64,000 nt of DNA from an uncultured Pseudobdellovibrionaceae bacterium (GCA_963803705.1 CAWDNU010000004.1:64001-128000), one strand, 5' to 3'; shown: positions 38,349 through 50,553, counted from the first letter of the stretch. Program-made: numbers and translations. Notes: generated from the letters alone by a model not told the origin.

Positions 38349-38942
38349 TCAAAATTTAAGCTTTAAACCTACAAGAAGCTTCACTTGAGTGGTGTTAAAA
38401 TCCCCGACTTCAACGTCGTTTGAATCCGTCAAAGAAAACTCGGTTGGTTTAAACACTCTTAGCTCTCCTACCAAGTACAAGAAGTCACTGTACTTAATAT
38501 CTGTTCCCGCTGACACTTGCCAAGTAAAGCTGTCGCCTTCAAATTCATTTTTTTCTATTGTTAGCTCTGTAAAGCCGACTCCAAAGCCTAAGAATGGTTC
38601 AAGAAAAAATAACTTAGGTGCGTGGAAATAATAATTTATCAAGGCTGAAACTTGGGTTTGTGTATCTGATCCAATAGCGGTGACGGACGGTGGCAGCTCT
38701 TCAATATCTGCAGTTTCGTAGTTAATTTCAAGAGCAAGCGAGCTCATGGCTCCAACTTTTATTCCTAGTCCAAGGGTGATTGGGTATGGGGCCGCTATTT
38801 TGGTGTCAACGTCTGAGCCGTCAAAAGTCCCATCTGTTGTAACAGACATGCCAAGCTGTACTTTTAAGTAAATCAAAGAGCCTAAAGCCTGTGAACTGTA
38901 AAAGAGGAAGCATCCAAAAAATAAATTTCTAAATAACACCAT
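38349..38942 (-). CDS. Small 8-stranded outer-membrane beta-barrel protein
   Basis: Signal peptide, PFLGFGVG, FTWQVSAG, C-terminal VGLKLKF. Confidence 0.85.
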   Translation of the reverse strand: MVLFRNLFFGCFLFYSSQALGSLIYLKVQLGMSVTTDGTFDGSDVDTKIAAPYPITLGLGIKVGAMSSLALEINYETADIEELPPSVTAIGSDTQTQVSALINYYFHAPKLFFLEPFLGFGVGFTELTIEKNEFEGDSFTWQVSAGTDIKYSDFLYLVGELRVFKPTEFSLTDSNDVEVGDFNTTQVKLLVGLKLKF

Positions 38943-39097
38943 ACGTGATTCTCCCTGCCAAATTATAAGCGGCTCTTCAGTTGTGTGGCTATTGCCCGGT
39001 GAATTGACTAGACTTTTGACTCAAAACTAGACAACAGAGTTCGCAAATCCTTTCACAATAGCCGATTTAATGAAAAACTGTATTTAGGAGTAAATTT

Positions 39098-39967
39098 ATG
39101 AAACGCTGGTTCCTAGTACTATCTTTAGCATTTAACAGTAGTTTTTGTAGCCCTAAACGGGAATCAATAAATAATAGCATGACAGATAAGCCTGAAAACC
39201 AGAATTTAGCGTCCAAAAGGAAGCTTGCAAGTGTAAGTAACGATTCAAAGTATAAGCCACTACCTTCAAGCTTAGTTAAATTTTTGAATGGTAAAACACA
39301 AAATGTGAAATTAAAAAATACTTTAAAACAGTATTCAAACACCTTACCCGAAAACATTTTCAAAAAATTAATCAGTTTATCTGGTGAGGTTGATGATCTT
39401 GGCGTTACTATAAAAAGAGATAACAGCGTATTAACGCTTAGTAATTCCAAAGCCGAATTAAAGATCTTATTTACCGGAAGCGTAGCTCAGCTAATTTCTA
39501 ATATCGAGGGCATGACGTACGACTTTTCAAGCAACTCAGTAACACTTCTATATTTAAATGAATTAGAAAAAAATTTAAATAAAGACCTTGGCGCATTAGA
39601 TGTTAATAAAAAAATGGCTGCACCATCAAAATTATTCTTACAGTGTCTAACATTACCATTTTTAGCCATGGACAGTAAGGCTTTACCTATGGGTTGGTTT
39701 GTGGCTGGCGGCCTGGCACTTTTAGCGGTAGCCATCATGGTTTCAGTAAGTAAATTGGGTAAAGACTTAAAGAAAACAGAACATACCGTGAATCACAAAG
39801 TGGGTTTAAGTGATTCTTCAGAAAACGCTATCAATAGCTTAACTAAGGCCGTCAAAGAGGTTGATCCCCAATTACTGTCTAACAACAATATTAATGTATA
39901 CCCAGATATAAATATCGACGGTAAAAATTTAAATCTAAAAGAAGATCTTGGCCTTGGTGTTGAGTAA
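39098..39967 (+). CDS. Hypothetical exported protein with C-terminal hydrophobic helix
   Basis: AGGAG RBS, signal-like N-terminus with Cys, RKLAS motif, GWFVAGGLALLAVAIMVSV segment. Confidence 0.7.
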   Translation: MKRWFLVLSLAFNSSFCSPKRESINNSMTDKPENQNLASKRKLASVSNDSKYKPLPSSLVKFLNGKTQNVKLKNTLKQYSNTLPENIFKKLISLSGEVDDLGVTIKRDNSVLTLSNSKAELKILFTGSVAQLISNIEGMTYDFSSNSVTLLYLNELEKNLNKDLGALDVNKKMAAPSKLFLQCLTLPFLAMDSKALPMGWFVAGGLALLAVAIMVSVSKLGKDLKKTEHTVNHKVGLSDSSENAINSLTKAVKEVDPQLLSNNNINVYPDINIDGKNLNLKEDLGLGVE

Positions 39968-40035
39968 TTCTAAGTCAGTGTATTAGCATCTTTGATCAAA
40001 GCTTTTGATTGTTTTGTGGGATCACAATTTTTTTA

Positions 40036-41535
40036 CTACTTAGAAACTTTTTTAATAAAGATTTCGGCCTTTTCAAAAATATTATCTTTTCTTTTTGAAT
40101 CTATCTTATTTAAAATTTTTACCATCATACCCATCCGAGGGTTGGACTCGTAAAACTTTATGTGTTTGTTTATAAAGCGCCAATAAAGACCGTCTACTGT
40201 CTCGCACCAGTCACCTTTAGAAAAAGAGCCCATTTTCAAATAATAATTACTTCCGCATATATACGGCTTGGTTGCAAAAAGACCGCCATCGCTAAATTGG
40301 CCCATACCGTAAACATTTGGCTCCATAACCCAATCAGAACTATCAACAAACATTTCCATAAACCAACGATAAACTTCTTTTGGATCAATCTCTGTTAGTA
40401 ACATCATATTGCTGACAACCATCAAGCGTTCTATGTGGTGATTATAACCCCAGGCATCTGCTTTTTTTATAGCAAAATCCAGAACAGGTATGCCAGTGTC
40501 ACCCGTGTACCAGCAAGACTTAAGCTTTCTTCGATGGTTCCAAAAATTTGTGCCTGACTGCTTGTCGTGAAAATTTTGGTAAATGCCGCGCATAAACTCA
40601 CGCCACCCAATCATTTGTCTTATAAAACCTTCTACTGAATTTAAGGGTACTTCGACTCCTTTTTTATAGTAAGCCTTAAGCACCCTACCACACACATCAC
40701 CGGGGGTTATCAGTCCCGCGTTCACCATAGGTGAAATTACCGAATGGAAAACAAAATCACTTCTATCAGTTATAGCATCTTGGTAGTTTCCGAAGTCCTT
40801 TAGCTTTTCATCGATGAAAGCATTTAGCCAGCTTAAGGATTCGCTACGTGTGACGGGTATCCAAAAGTTTTTAGACTCGCCTGGATTGTCAGGAAATATG
40901 GCCTCTACCTCGGCCATGACTCTTTGAGTGATTTCATCTGGCTTACTGGCGTTCATCGGAGGAATCTTTAAGCCTTTAGGTAATTTTTTTCTGTTTTCAG
41001 AGTCATAGCTCCAAGAACCACCTTCTGGCTTACCTTTTGAATCGATTAATATTTTAAGCCTTTTTCTTTCTTTCTCGTAGAAGGTTTTCATAAAAGGTTT
41101 TTTTACACTCTTTAAGTAATCAGAAAAATCAGTCCTAGAACATAAAAACATTGGCGATGTAAGCTCTTCGCTCTTAATTTTTTTTTCTTTAATATAAGCT
41201 TTAATTCTTGATTCAAAGAATTTATCTTCTATTTCAAAGTAAAGAAATTCTTTTGAATTTTTGTTCGCGCTTAAGTACTTAGTAAGTTTTTCTTCATATG
41301 ATAGTTTAAAATCTAAATCAGAAGACTGTACATAGTGGACGTCGTAACCGCTTTCTATAAGCTCATCCCTATAGTGTCGCATGGCTGATAAAAAGAATAT
41401 AATTTTGTGTTTGTGATACTTAAAATGCTCGCACAGCCCTAGATCTTCAAACATAATTATCTTGTCGAAAGATAACCTTTTTAAATAACTTTGTGGGAAA
41501 AGCTGATTACCAAGAATCAATAGCGCTTTACTCAT
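40036..41535 (-). CDS. PhrB-type cryptochrome/photolyase (candidate (6-4) photolyase)
   Basis: ILGNQLF, HKHKII, GGSWSYDSENR, EGFIRQMIGWRE, HHIERLM and KPY motifs. Confidence 0.9.
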   Translation of the reverse strand: MSKALLILGNQLFPQSYLKRLSFDKIIMFEDLGLCEHFKYHKHKIIFFLSAMRHYRDELIESGYDVHYVQSSDLDFKLSYEEKLTKYLSANKNSKEFLYFEIEDKFFESRIKAYIKEKKIKSEELTSPMFLCSRTDFSDYLKSVKKPFMKTFYEKERKRLKILIDSKGKPEGGSWSYDSENRKKLPKGLKIPPMNASKPDEITQRVMAEVEAIFPDNPGESKNFWIPVTRSESLSWLNAFIDEKLKDFGNYQDAITDRSDFVFHSVISPMVNAGLITPGDVCGRVLKAYYKKGVEVPLNSVEGFIRQMIGWREFMRGIYQNFHDKQSGTNFWNHRRKLKSCWYTGDTGIPVLDFAIKKADAWGYNHHIERLMVVSNMMLLTEIDPKEVYRWFMEMFVDSSDWVMEPNVYGMGQFSDGGLFATKPYICGSNYYLKMGSFSKGDWCETVDGLYWRFINKHIKFYESNPRMGMMVKILNKIDSKRKDNIFEKAEIFIKKVSK

Positions 41536-41972
41536 AAATAAACCTGTAAGTAGTAAAAAAGAGCTATAGATCTTACAGACCAGATCAAGGTTCTAATCCA
41601 ATTGGTATCCACTAAATGTTTTGCTGCTTTTGAGTCATAGGTGTCCATCAATTTATTATGTGCAGGAACACTAAGAAAAAAAGTTGAAAGCCAAATTAAA
41701 ATAACACCAAACAAATTAATCGACCAAAGATTTAAGCCAGGATTATTAAGAACTAAAATCACTGCAGTAAATGCTTCAAATATCATAAAAGGCGCTACCA
41801 CTGGTGTAATCCACTTCATATGGTAGGCTTGATAGTCTTTAAATTTTTTTAAATCAATAAAGTGGTAGGCAGGATAATGAACCAATTGGATGGTCCAGAT
41901 TAAACCAGTTAAGTAGAAGCAGCAAAAGATTTGTGACCTTAAAATAAATCCTATTTCAAACATAAAATTCAA
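41532..41972 (-). CDS. Conserved hypothetical membrane protein
   Basis: GLIWTIQLVHYP...SVPAH...TNWIRT pattern; 4 hydrophobic segments. Confidence 0.75.
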   Translation of the reverse strand: MNFMFEIGFILRSQIFCCFYLTGLIWTIQLVHYPAYHFIDLKKFKDYQAYHMKWITPVVAPFMIFEAFTAVILVLNNPGLNLWSINLFGVILIWLSTFFLSVPAHNKLMDTYDSKAAKHLVDTNWIRTLIWSVRSIALFYYLQVYL

Positions 41973-42015
41973 TGTAAACCGAATATAGTAAAATTACTAT
42001 TTTGAAAACCCAAAC

Positions 42016-42573
42016 TTACTTTTTGTCAGCGGATGATTTTTTCAAGACTGATCGTTTCTTTTTCATTTCGCCTTCAATACCGTTAACTTTTTCGTTTAAG
42101 GATTTAGTCTTTTCTTCCAAGTCTTCAACTTCTTTTTCTAATTTTTTCTTCTTTTTAGATACATTATTTAAGTCTTTAACCTTTCTTTTAAGTTTTCTTT
42201 CTTTAACTTTTATTTCTTTTTCTAAGCCGTAAGCTTCTTTACCCCAAGCGTAGAATTGGTCAAAATCTTGCTTAAGATCAATTGGGCAATTTTTCGAAGG
42301 TCTTTTTTTCTTGAAGCCTAGATTAAAAGCGTTGTCGTGACTGCAGTACTGCGAAATCCCCATTTGCCAACCTTTTTGGTATTGGTCTAAGGAAATATCA
42401 ACACCTTTTTTTTGACATGAAGCATGAGTTTTCGTAATTTTTTCTGTAGACTTACCTTTTGCGCCAGTGTCTCTTCCTACAGAAAACCAGTCTGTTGACT
42501 GGCACTTATCAGCTGATATTGCAAAAGCCTGGACTGAAAATAAAAATAAACCTGCAATCACAAAATTTTTCAT
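42016..42573 (-). CDS. DUF2799-like exported protein with coiled-coil tail
   Basis: AAGGAG RBS; C...DW...G..G...C...YQKGW..G...YC pattern; K/E coiled coil. Confidence 0.75.
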   Translation of the reverse strand: MKNFVIAGLFLFSVQAFAISADKCQSTDWFSVGRDTGAKGKSTEKITKTHASCQKKGVDISLDQYQKGWQMGISQYCSHDNAFNLGFKKKRPSKNCPIDLKQDFDQFYAWGKEAYGLEKEIKVKERKLKRKVKDLNNVSKKKKKLEKEVEDLEEKTKSLNEKVNGIEGEMKKKRSVLKKSSADKK

Positions 42574-42720
42574 AAACGCTCCTTTATAATAGTTCATAAT
42601 ATGGATATAAAGTATGATAACAAGTGTTGCATCAAGTACAAACAAAATTTAACAGAAGCATCGTGAGCTGTGATAATACAATGATAAAATCAAACATAAT
42701 CAATAAAATAACGGCAAAAC

Positions 42721-43949
42721 ATGTTTTTATATAGGCTAGTTACTTTCATTTACTTTATATTTGTTCTGCCTTTGAAACTTATAATCTTTAAGGAAACCAG
42801 AACTTATATACAAGTCCGGCTTAGGAGTTCAAAGAAAAATTTAGATTTTGATGAAGCCAATGTTTACGTTTTCCACGCTTCATCAGGTGAAGCAGAGTAT
42901 GCGTTTCCTATCATCCGCGAATTAAAAGACCAGCGCCCCAATTGCAAAATCATAATGACTTTTTTCTCAAACTCTTATGTTGATGCACTAAACTCCAACC
43001 CTGATATCGACCAGGTGATTCCACTTCCTTTGGATTTGCCCGGACCAACATACAGTTTTTTAAAAAGATCCAAGGCCAGAGCCGTCTTTATCTCTAGGAC
43101 TGACCTGTGGCCAGAGCTTTTAACACAAGCACAAAAATTAGATACCCCTGTTGTGCTGTTTTCTAGAACGCAGGTCCCCATCAACAACATACTTAAAAGA
43201 ATGTACTACAGATGGATTTTTAAAAAACTTACTTTTATTAGTGTTGTAAGTCTTGATGATAAAAAATATGTGTTAAATGTCCACCCCCAAGCAAATGTTT
43301 TTGTTCATGGGGATTCCAGGTGGGATCAGGTCCAATTTAAGCTGGCTCAAAACCCCTCAGTGCATTTTTAAAACCCACTTTTGTGGCGGGATCCATTTGG
43401 CCTGAAGACTTTAGTTTTTTGTCCACAGCTTGGTCTAAAAAGTTTGGCCAGTTAGTCATTGTTCCTCACGAAAAAGATGATGTCTTTATAAGTAGCATGA
43501 GAAATTTTTTTAAATAAAGACTATGGAGTCAAGCTACTCTCGATTGGGAGATGCGATAGGAATTTACAAAACTCAATGTTGACTTTGATGTCTTGATTGT
43601 GGATCGCTTTGGTGTTTTGCCACGGCTTTATAAAAATAGTTACGGATCTTTCGTTGGTGGATCTTTTAAAAGAAAAGTCCACAGTGTTATGGAATCCATT
43701 GGGTGTAACACGCCTGTGATCGTGGGACCTAAAAACCAAAACAACCGAGAAGCCCAACTGTTTAAGAAACTTGAGATAGAACCTGGGTCAAATCTTTTTG
43801 CGGTCAATGAGGCTAAAAGTTCGCAAGAAATTAGAAGTCTATTCATTAAAATTCTTAAGAATCATGAGACTAATCCTCCCGAGTTTATAGAACTCGGAGG
43901 AAGCGTTTCCAAAGGCTTTTTAAAAGATTTTATTGGCCACAACTATTAG
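42721..43949 (+). pseudogene. waaA: Kdo transferase, frameshifted twice (possible sequencing error)
   Basis: HASSGE, DLWPE, GDSRWDQV; then AGSIWPED and IVPHE in a second frame; FVGGSF and HSVME in a third. Confidence 0.85.
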
Positions 43950-46900
43950 CATTCTTCATGGTTTCACCAGGCTCGCCTGTGTGCCAAGGCCAAGTGCTGA
44001 TCGTTGTAATCAGTCTTCTGTAAGCTGAGTGTACAGTACCTGGAAAGGTTGGTAACACTTGCTGATAGGTATTTATCATCTGTTTGATCGGCCATTCTTG
44101 ACGTTCCGCTATGGAGTAATGGCTTGTTGGCTCTGGATTACCACTTATTCTTTTTTGAACGTTCTTGATATCACTTCCTATGAAATTAAAATATCCAATC
44201 ATTTCCTCACCCTGTACAAACTTTGGATTAGTATTTCCATTGGAGTCTTCTTCGTAAGACTTGAAGGCTAACATAAAAGCACTAAATTCACGCTTACCAC
44301 GAATCGCATAGCAACCATGGGTGATTATGTATGTCAGCAGGATCCAACATGTCCCCTTCCGTAAAATGCTGAGTGAAGTAGTAGTACTTTTCGTTTACCG
44401 CTATCGGTGTTTTTTCAACCAGTCCTGAACACAAGTACAGAGCTCCAACATAAAATTCAGAAAATTTTCCACCTGTAAACTAATATTTTTACTATACTTT
44501 TCAACAAGTCAGGACTCCATCGAACTGTTAAACATTGTTCGTAGTTAGTTAGTTCAACTTCAAATTCTGCATTTTGCATAACAAGGTATGTTCCCTTCGA
44601 GATTCCAGTGCTTTCAATAAAACCGCGGTCTCTTTGCATAGAGTAAGAAAAGTCAAACGATCCGACCACAAGGCTAAGGGTTTTACTAATAAAATTAGTT
44701 CCTTTTTCGATAATACCAGTAATAAGTCTAAGTGGTCTGGCTCCAAAGTTTCTTGCCACTCTTAGGCCAGAGCTAACTCTGACGTCTTGGCTGGCATTGA
44801 TGTTCATGGATTTACCACCTAAGAAGTAATAACGTCCGGTCTCAAAAATCCTAAACTTTCTTTCGATCACCACGGGTTCTAAACCATTTTTAATGTCAGT
44901 CTGACATCTTAAAGACATATCAAACAGATCACGACGTAGTTGCAATTTATCGGCCTCTGTTACCACTAACTTTTTTGCGTTTTTAGCAATTTCGCCGTAA
45001 ATAAGCAAATCACACATTTTTGACTGTACACCAATGTCGAACTTGGCAGCCTTTGCACTGACCATTTCATTGCCACTAAATTGATACCGTATGATATCTC
45101 TTAGCTCATTCTTAGTGGGCTCAGCGTAGGCGACCTCTACGTCAAATTTAGAACGAATTAATCCACCTAAGCGCTTTTTCTCGTTAGCTGAGCTGCACAA
45201 ACTATCAAGCTCTGGAATATCAGACACACAGCGCTCTAGATCCTTGTTAAAGACGGGACTAACAAAACCCCAGGGTATAGTAAGCTCAGAGATGTTTTTA
45301 TGGTCTAGTAGTCGATCGCTTGAAAATCCGTTTCTAGGTGAACCAACAATATTTTGAAACTTAAGCTCAACAGGTTGGTTTGGGCTATAGTCCAGATTTA
45401 CAAGTTTGTTCACAGTGTCACTGTACTGAGATAAAAAGTCGTCCACTAAAACTGTTTTTTCAGTGTCTTTTCTAAAGCATTTGTTTGACGCAATATCATC
45501 GCGGCAAACTAAGCGATCAAGGGGTCGATCAGTTAAAGACACATAAGACATATCAAAGTAGTCAAGAAATCTAGTAAGCAGGCCTTCAACTTTTCTATAA
45601 GCTTTTCGTTCCGACTGTAGCTCTTGAAACATAGTCTCTAAGCCTTTGATTTTAGTTCTAAGTCCTGTGCGCTGATCTACAAATTCCTGATCGCTAAAAG
45701 TCACATTTAGAAAGTGTGCAATCGACCCATGGTAAGGTGATTTTTCATACTCGTAGTTTTGAATCTCGCCATATTGCGAATCAATCGAAGTGTTAAGCGA
45801 GTTACAATCATCAGATTCACAATATGCTTCATCCAGATTATCAGTGGGCCGTAAACTTCCTTTGTTTGTATTGTACAGAAAAGTCATAGGACCTACAAAA
45901 GTACGTCCCTTAATTCCAGATTTTTTATCAATTAGCATGTCTAAGTTAGATACAGCACTAAAAGCAGGGGTTATCGTGAAATCATTTTTTAACATTTGAT
46001 TTAAAGTGGACTGGTTGATTAGGCTTTCGAAAAATTGATCGCCATTGTTGCCTAAAGGTTGAAATTTCGACACATTATCTGCATAGTTATCTTCAAAAAT
46101 ATTTGTTTCAAAGGGAATGAGCGCCTTCGTGACCGCATCTATTCTATCGGTTGAAGATTCTGTCTTTTGAGATTCATCATAATGAACTGTAACTGGACTG
46201 AGTTCTCTGCACTGACGCATTTGTACAGTCAGGCTATCTCTGGTTTTTTCGTTTAGCTCTGAAATTTCATCTAAAGTGTTTAAAGCTTGATCGTGCTCTT
46301 TACGTAAATCCTTTTTATTCTGCTCAATTTGGTCTAGACGTTGTTCAACATCTTCGCCAGAGATATTTAAAATTGCAGCCTCATCCTTATCGGTTTTAAT
46401 CTCACGTAAAATATCTTTTAGTCTTAGGTCTAAATTTTGCCCGCGAAATTGGGATCTTTCAAAAGCTTGAAAGGATTCACTCACCTTGGGGTGATTAATA
46501 ATGTTTTCCAAGTCCTCAAGCTTACTAATATAGACGTCATCACTTACAGCTTCTGCCACAGCGTCTAAAGCTCTGGTCATTAGACTTTTCAACCGAGCTT
46601 CTTCCTGAGGCGTCATCTTTGCCAATATAGGACTTTTTTCCCCTAGCTTAATTTGAAAGATCTGCTCAAAGCGTTCTTTGATAAGGTTAACCATTTGCAG
46701 GCGAACTTGGTTTACAGGTTCCAACTGGACGAAAAATTGTTGTCTGATCCGCATAAGCCTTAAATCTTCAACTGAAAACTCTACAGGAGTAATCACTCTT
46801 CCAGCATTTACCCTAACTAGTTTTTTAACCATGGACATTGCTCGCTTACGCCTAGGGTCGGTGTAAGAAATGGATCCATCTACACTTATCGGATTTTCTA

Positions 46901-49304
46901 CTGGAATTGAAACCGCTGATCTATTTGGAAGCCCGTCTATAAATTGATCAGTCACCGGTTTGCCTCCATAAAAAACTTGGCTATCACCATTTGGCGCTTC
47001 GATATCGATGTCTGGAATATTCTTAAAATCTTCTGGGTTAAACTCCTGAGAAGGCAAATTACTAAATTCACCGTCTAACTCGAATGGAATTTGCAAAATA
47101 TCAGACTCATTTCTAGCCGACGGATCTAGGTAGTCTTTCTGAATTGCAGTTTTCATCAGATAGATACCATCACGAAGATTATAAATTGAATTTATGCCTT
47201 CTAAGATACTTGAGTACCTTAAGACCTTCGGCATCATTGAAAGTAAAACCGTCTTTTTAACATTAAGCTTCATGTCTTTGTCAATTTTGTATCTAAATCT
47301 TAGTGTTTCGTAGCCATAATCGCCAATAAAAAATCGAGGCTGGATTTTTTCTCGCCCCCTGACCTTTTTTAAAAAACTTTCAGATGCTATTCTAGCATCT
47401 TGACCAAAAGTTCCAAATTTTTCATCCCAAGGATTTATATAAATTTTTAGTTTCTGAATCCCTGCTGGTAAAAGCTTATCATCGGGTATACCTTCGGCGC
47501 TTATGGCCCAATCTTTTACCTTTTTCCTTAGATCTAAGCCGGGTCGCCACTTTGAAATAAAAATGTCTCGCTCTACTAATTCTTCTGTCTGATAGTACTT
47601 ATGAGTGATCGTGTCGTACCAAGTGATACGTCCACCGGGACGCACTCTTGATGGGTCTTCAGGATTTTTTGCATCTGTGATTGTGTAAAACTTCCATTTT
47701 GATTTATCAGTTGGAGTATTGTAGTCCGTATGAAGTGAAACAACCTCAAAGGAAACATTGTCCCCGACAGGGGTGTTACTAGTTTCATCAAAAGCCTTGG
47801 TGTCTACTCTAAAAATTACAGTTCTTTGAGCTGCCGTTTCACCGGCCTCGACAGTACTAAAGCGAATGCTTAAATCTTCTAATTCAAAGTCACGGGCCTT
47901 ATCAACATATCCCTGTTGATAAGCATTTTCGCCATCGATGGAGGCTTTTATGTATTCATCAAAATCAAAAATGTTGTTTCTAGAGTCTTCATCTTCGATC
48001 AATCCGCCATTTCTACCTATCAGGTCATTAAAAGTTCCAACCGTAAATAATCTGTCTAAAGGTTTTAAACCTTCAGTTACACCCAAGGGGTATATTTTCA
48101 CGGCCAATTTAATCATTCCAGCAGAAGGATAAAAAGGAATAATTGCCTTGTAATCTAACTGTAAATCGTTATTTCGAGCTATCTCGGACACTAATGGATT
48201 AATCCCAGGGGTTAACAGCACGGGCTGTGACCTAGTTGCGGGTTCAAGTACCAAATGGGCGTGAACGCGAAAGCGGCCAGCGGAGATTTCAGAGATGCCA
48301 ACCCCGTCGATCAGGTTAGGGTATCTAAATCCAAGCTTCATCAAAAGAGTTAAGTCAAATCGAAGACCATCAATATTTTCTAAGTTTTCACTTTTATCTC
48401 GGTAGACATAAATCCGATTGGTCCCTTGGATCAATTCACTCAGTGGCTCTAGGCTTGTGGACTTAAAGTCTAATCCTTGAAGGGCTTGCGCCTCTTGCCT
48501 TAGGCGTACAAACTCTGTGGGAGCGTACTTACTGAACACCAAATTTTCAAAACCGAATTTAGTTTCAAGTTTCTTTAAGTCAGGATCAGATCTTTCAACT
48601 AAAATGGGCTGGGTAGATAGGTAAGTTTGTCGAACAATATCTCTAATGACAAGTTCAGAAGCATCGTTCTGATCTGCGTACCTAAACATTATCTCTGATC
48701 TGTAAGTAGGAACAACTAAAGTCTGTGCTTGGTCAGATGAAAGTTCAATAGTGCGATCTATGAATGCATTGGGTTGATTTCTCGATGGAGCCCAAGGATT
48801 TAGCTCTAAAACAGCAGTTCTAGTACCGCGTTTCGCACCTAGACCTTTAATTTTTCTAATTACACGCACCGGCTCAGCATCAGCTTTAAAATGGTCGTAA
48901 AGTATTTTTTCTTCCCAGACGATTTCAGATGCCGGGCTAACAGTGTATTCACATTTAGGCTCCCCACCTAGAGCCACGGGGAGTTGGCAGATAGGTTGAC
49001 CATCTTCGTCTAGCACCGCAAATTTAAAGTCTCTTAATGAGCTTCTCAAAGAATTTGCATCAGTAATTCTAGCTGTGAATTGGTAGGGTTGATAAAGAGG
49101 AATTCGCCAGCCTCTGATATTCTGAAAATCTACTTTGTTTTGTTGTATAATTCCTCTAACGCCTTCTAAGTCAAAGTCAGCCGTATCTCCAAATAAAATC
49201 TCGGCCTTAACATTTTTATCATGAGTTTTATGCCTCATACATCCGGTTAAGGTCATAGTTAAAAACAATAGAGCTGAAAGAGCCGCTTTAGTTAAAAAGG
49301 TCAT
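43930..49304 (-). CDS. Giant lipoprotein of unknown function, family A paralogue; 3' end frameshifted (main ORF 44457-49304)
   Basis: LTGC lipobox; shared motifs with 20271-25040; YYYFTQHFTEGDMLD and YQQVLPTFPG continue in other frames to 43930. Confidence 0.85.
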
Positions 49305-50553
49305 AAGCGGTCTCCAAATTAATTGAAATCATATCACTATTTCGTTGGGCTCTATCAAGATCAGGGTTGATTAAGTCTGAAACGGTATATCCAGCGGACA
49401 ATCTAATTTTCTTTTCAACCCATTGGATGCCAGCTTCAACGGAAAAGCCTTTCCGGTTTGTCTGCCCATTTGCCCTAGAAGTAAAAAAAGCTGGAACAGC
49501 GTCGGATTCTACAAAAAAGTCACTCACTACTAAATCAAATCCTACAGATTTATTTAAAAGATGGTGGGCACTTAATTGTACGAGTTGGGCTTGATTATAA
49601 GTAAGTGGGGCATCCAAGTTTTCAAGCATATCAACAGCAAGTCTGAAGGTGGTGTTTTTAGTTGGGGAGAAAGCCACATCAAAATTAGCTAACCAGCCAT
49701 TAAAATCAAATTTAAATACAGCCGCATTTCCAGTGCCATCTACAGTGTTGCCATAAACATCAGACAGGTTTGCTACATAGGCTGGTAGGTTTGAATATTC
49801 AAAGAGTCCACCTTTTATTCCGATAGACCATTTGTCTTTAAAATAAGACGCTTCTAAAGTTCCTGTGTTTAGAATTGGTGTACTTTCACGCTCAACTAAA
49901 GATGTAGAAAAAGTATAGGTTGTTGGAACCACTTGCTGGGCAGTTAATTTAAATTTAAAATCTTCATATTTAAACTTGAAGGATTCTCCAATTCCAGGAA
50001 ACGCCCGTCTAGAAATAAATATGTTATTTCCGAAAACCTCGTACTGTGACAAAGCACCAGCTTGAAGCTCTAAGGACTCATTTCCAAAAACATCTAAATT
50101 AAACACACCGTAACTTAAATAAGCAGGACCTGAAGGAAGTAAATCTCCAAATCTAGATTGGGCCTGACCACCTTGGAATAGAACATTGGCTTTTAAATCT
50201 AAAGTTAAGTTTTCTAAAATTTGATAATTAAGCTTACCGCTGCCTTTGAATTGAAAGAAAAAGAAATTATCGATGTCCGACGAGTAGGATTCTGCACTAC
50301 TCTCTAAATCCCATAAAACATAAATACGACTCTTATCTTTAAGAGCTTTATCTTCTAAGGCTTGGCTGTAACTTTTAGAAAATGGGCTGGAATTGAATGT
50401 AGATTCAAGGGCAAAAGAATTAGGCTCAAAGATAAAATTGACTAGCAAGCAAACACAAAGTCTACTTCCGACATTTCCTAATTTTGAAAATAACTTAAAT
50501 ACTTTACTCAAATTAACCCCTTGTACAGTAGCTATGAATAATTCAAGAAACAT
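49288..50553 (-). CDS. Outer-membrane beta-barrel, family A (putative porin-like)
   Basis: GQAQSRFG, AFPG, GNTVDG and ESDAVPAFF..TNRKGF motifs; paralogue of 19100-20284. Confidence 0.78.
   Translation of the reverse strand: MFLELFIATVQGVNLSKVFKLFSKLGNVGSRLCVCLLVNFIFEPNSFALESTFNSSPFSKSYSQALEDKALKDKSRIYVLWDLESSAESYSSDIDNFFFFQFKGSGKLNYQILENLTLDLKANVLFQGGQAQSRFGDLLPSGPAYLSYGVFNLDVFGNESLELQAGALSQYEVFGNNIFISRRAFPGIGESFKFKYEDFKFKLTAQQVVPTTYTFSTSLVERESTPILNTGTLEASYFKDKWSIGIKGGLFEYSNLPAYVANLSDVYGNTVDGTGNAAVFKFDFNGWLANFDVAFSPTKNTTFRLAVDMLENLDAPLTYNQAQLVQLSAHHLLNKSVGFDLVVSDFFVESDAVPAFFTSRANGQTNRKGFSVEAGIQWVEKKIRLSAGYTVSDLINPDLDRAQRNSDMISINLETAYDLFN

Noticed and set aside
43930..44274. Independent 114-aa gene
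   Set aside because: It is the frameshifted C-terminus of the giant lipoprotein (VLPTFPG matches VIPSFPG in the paralogue)
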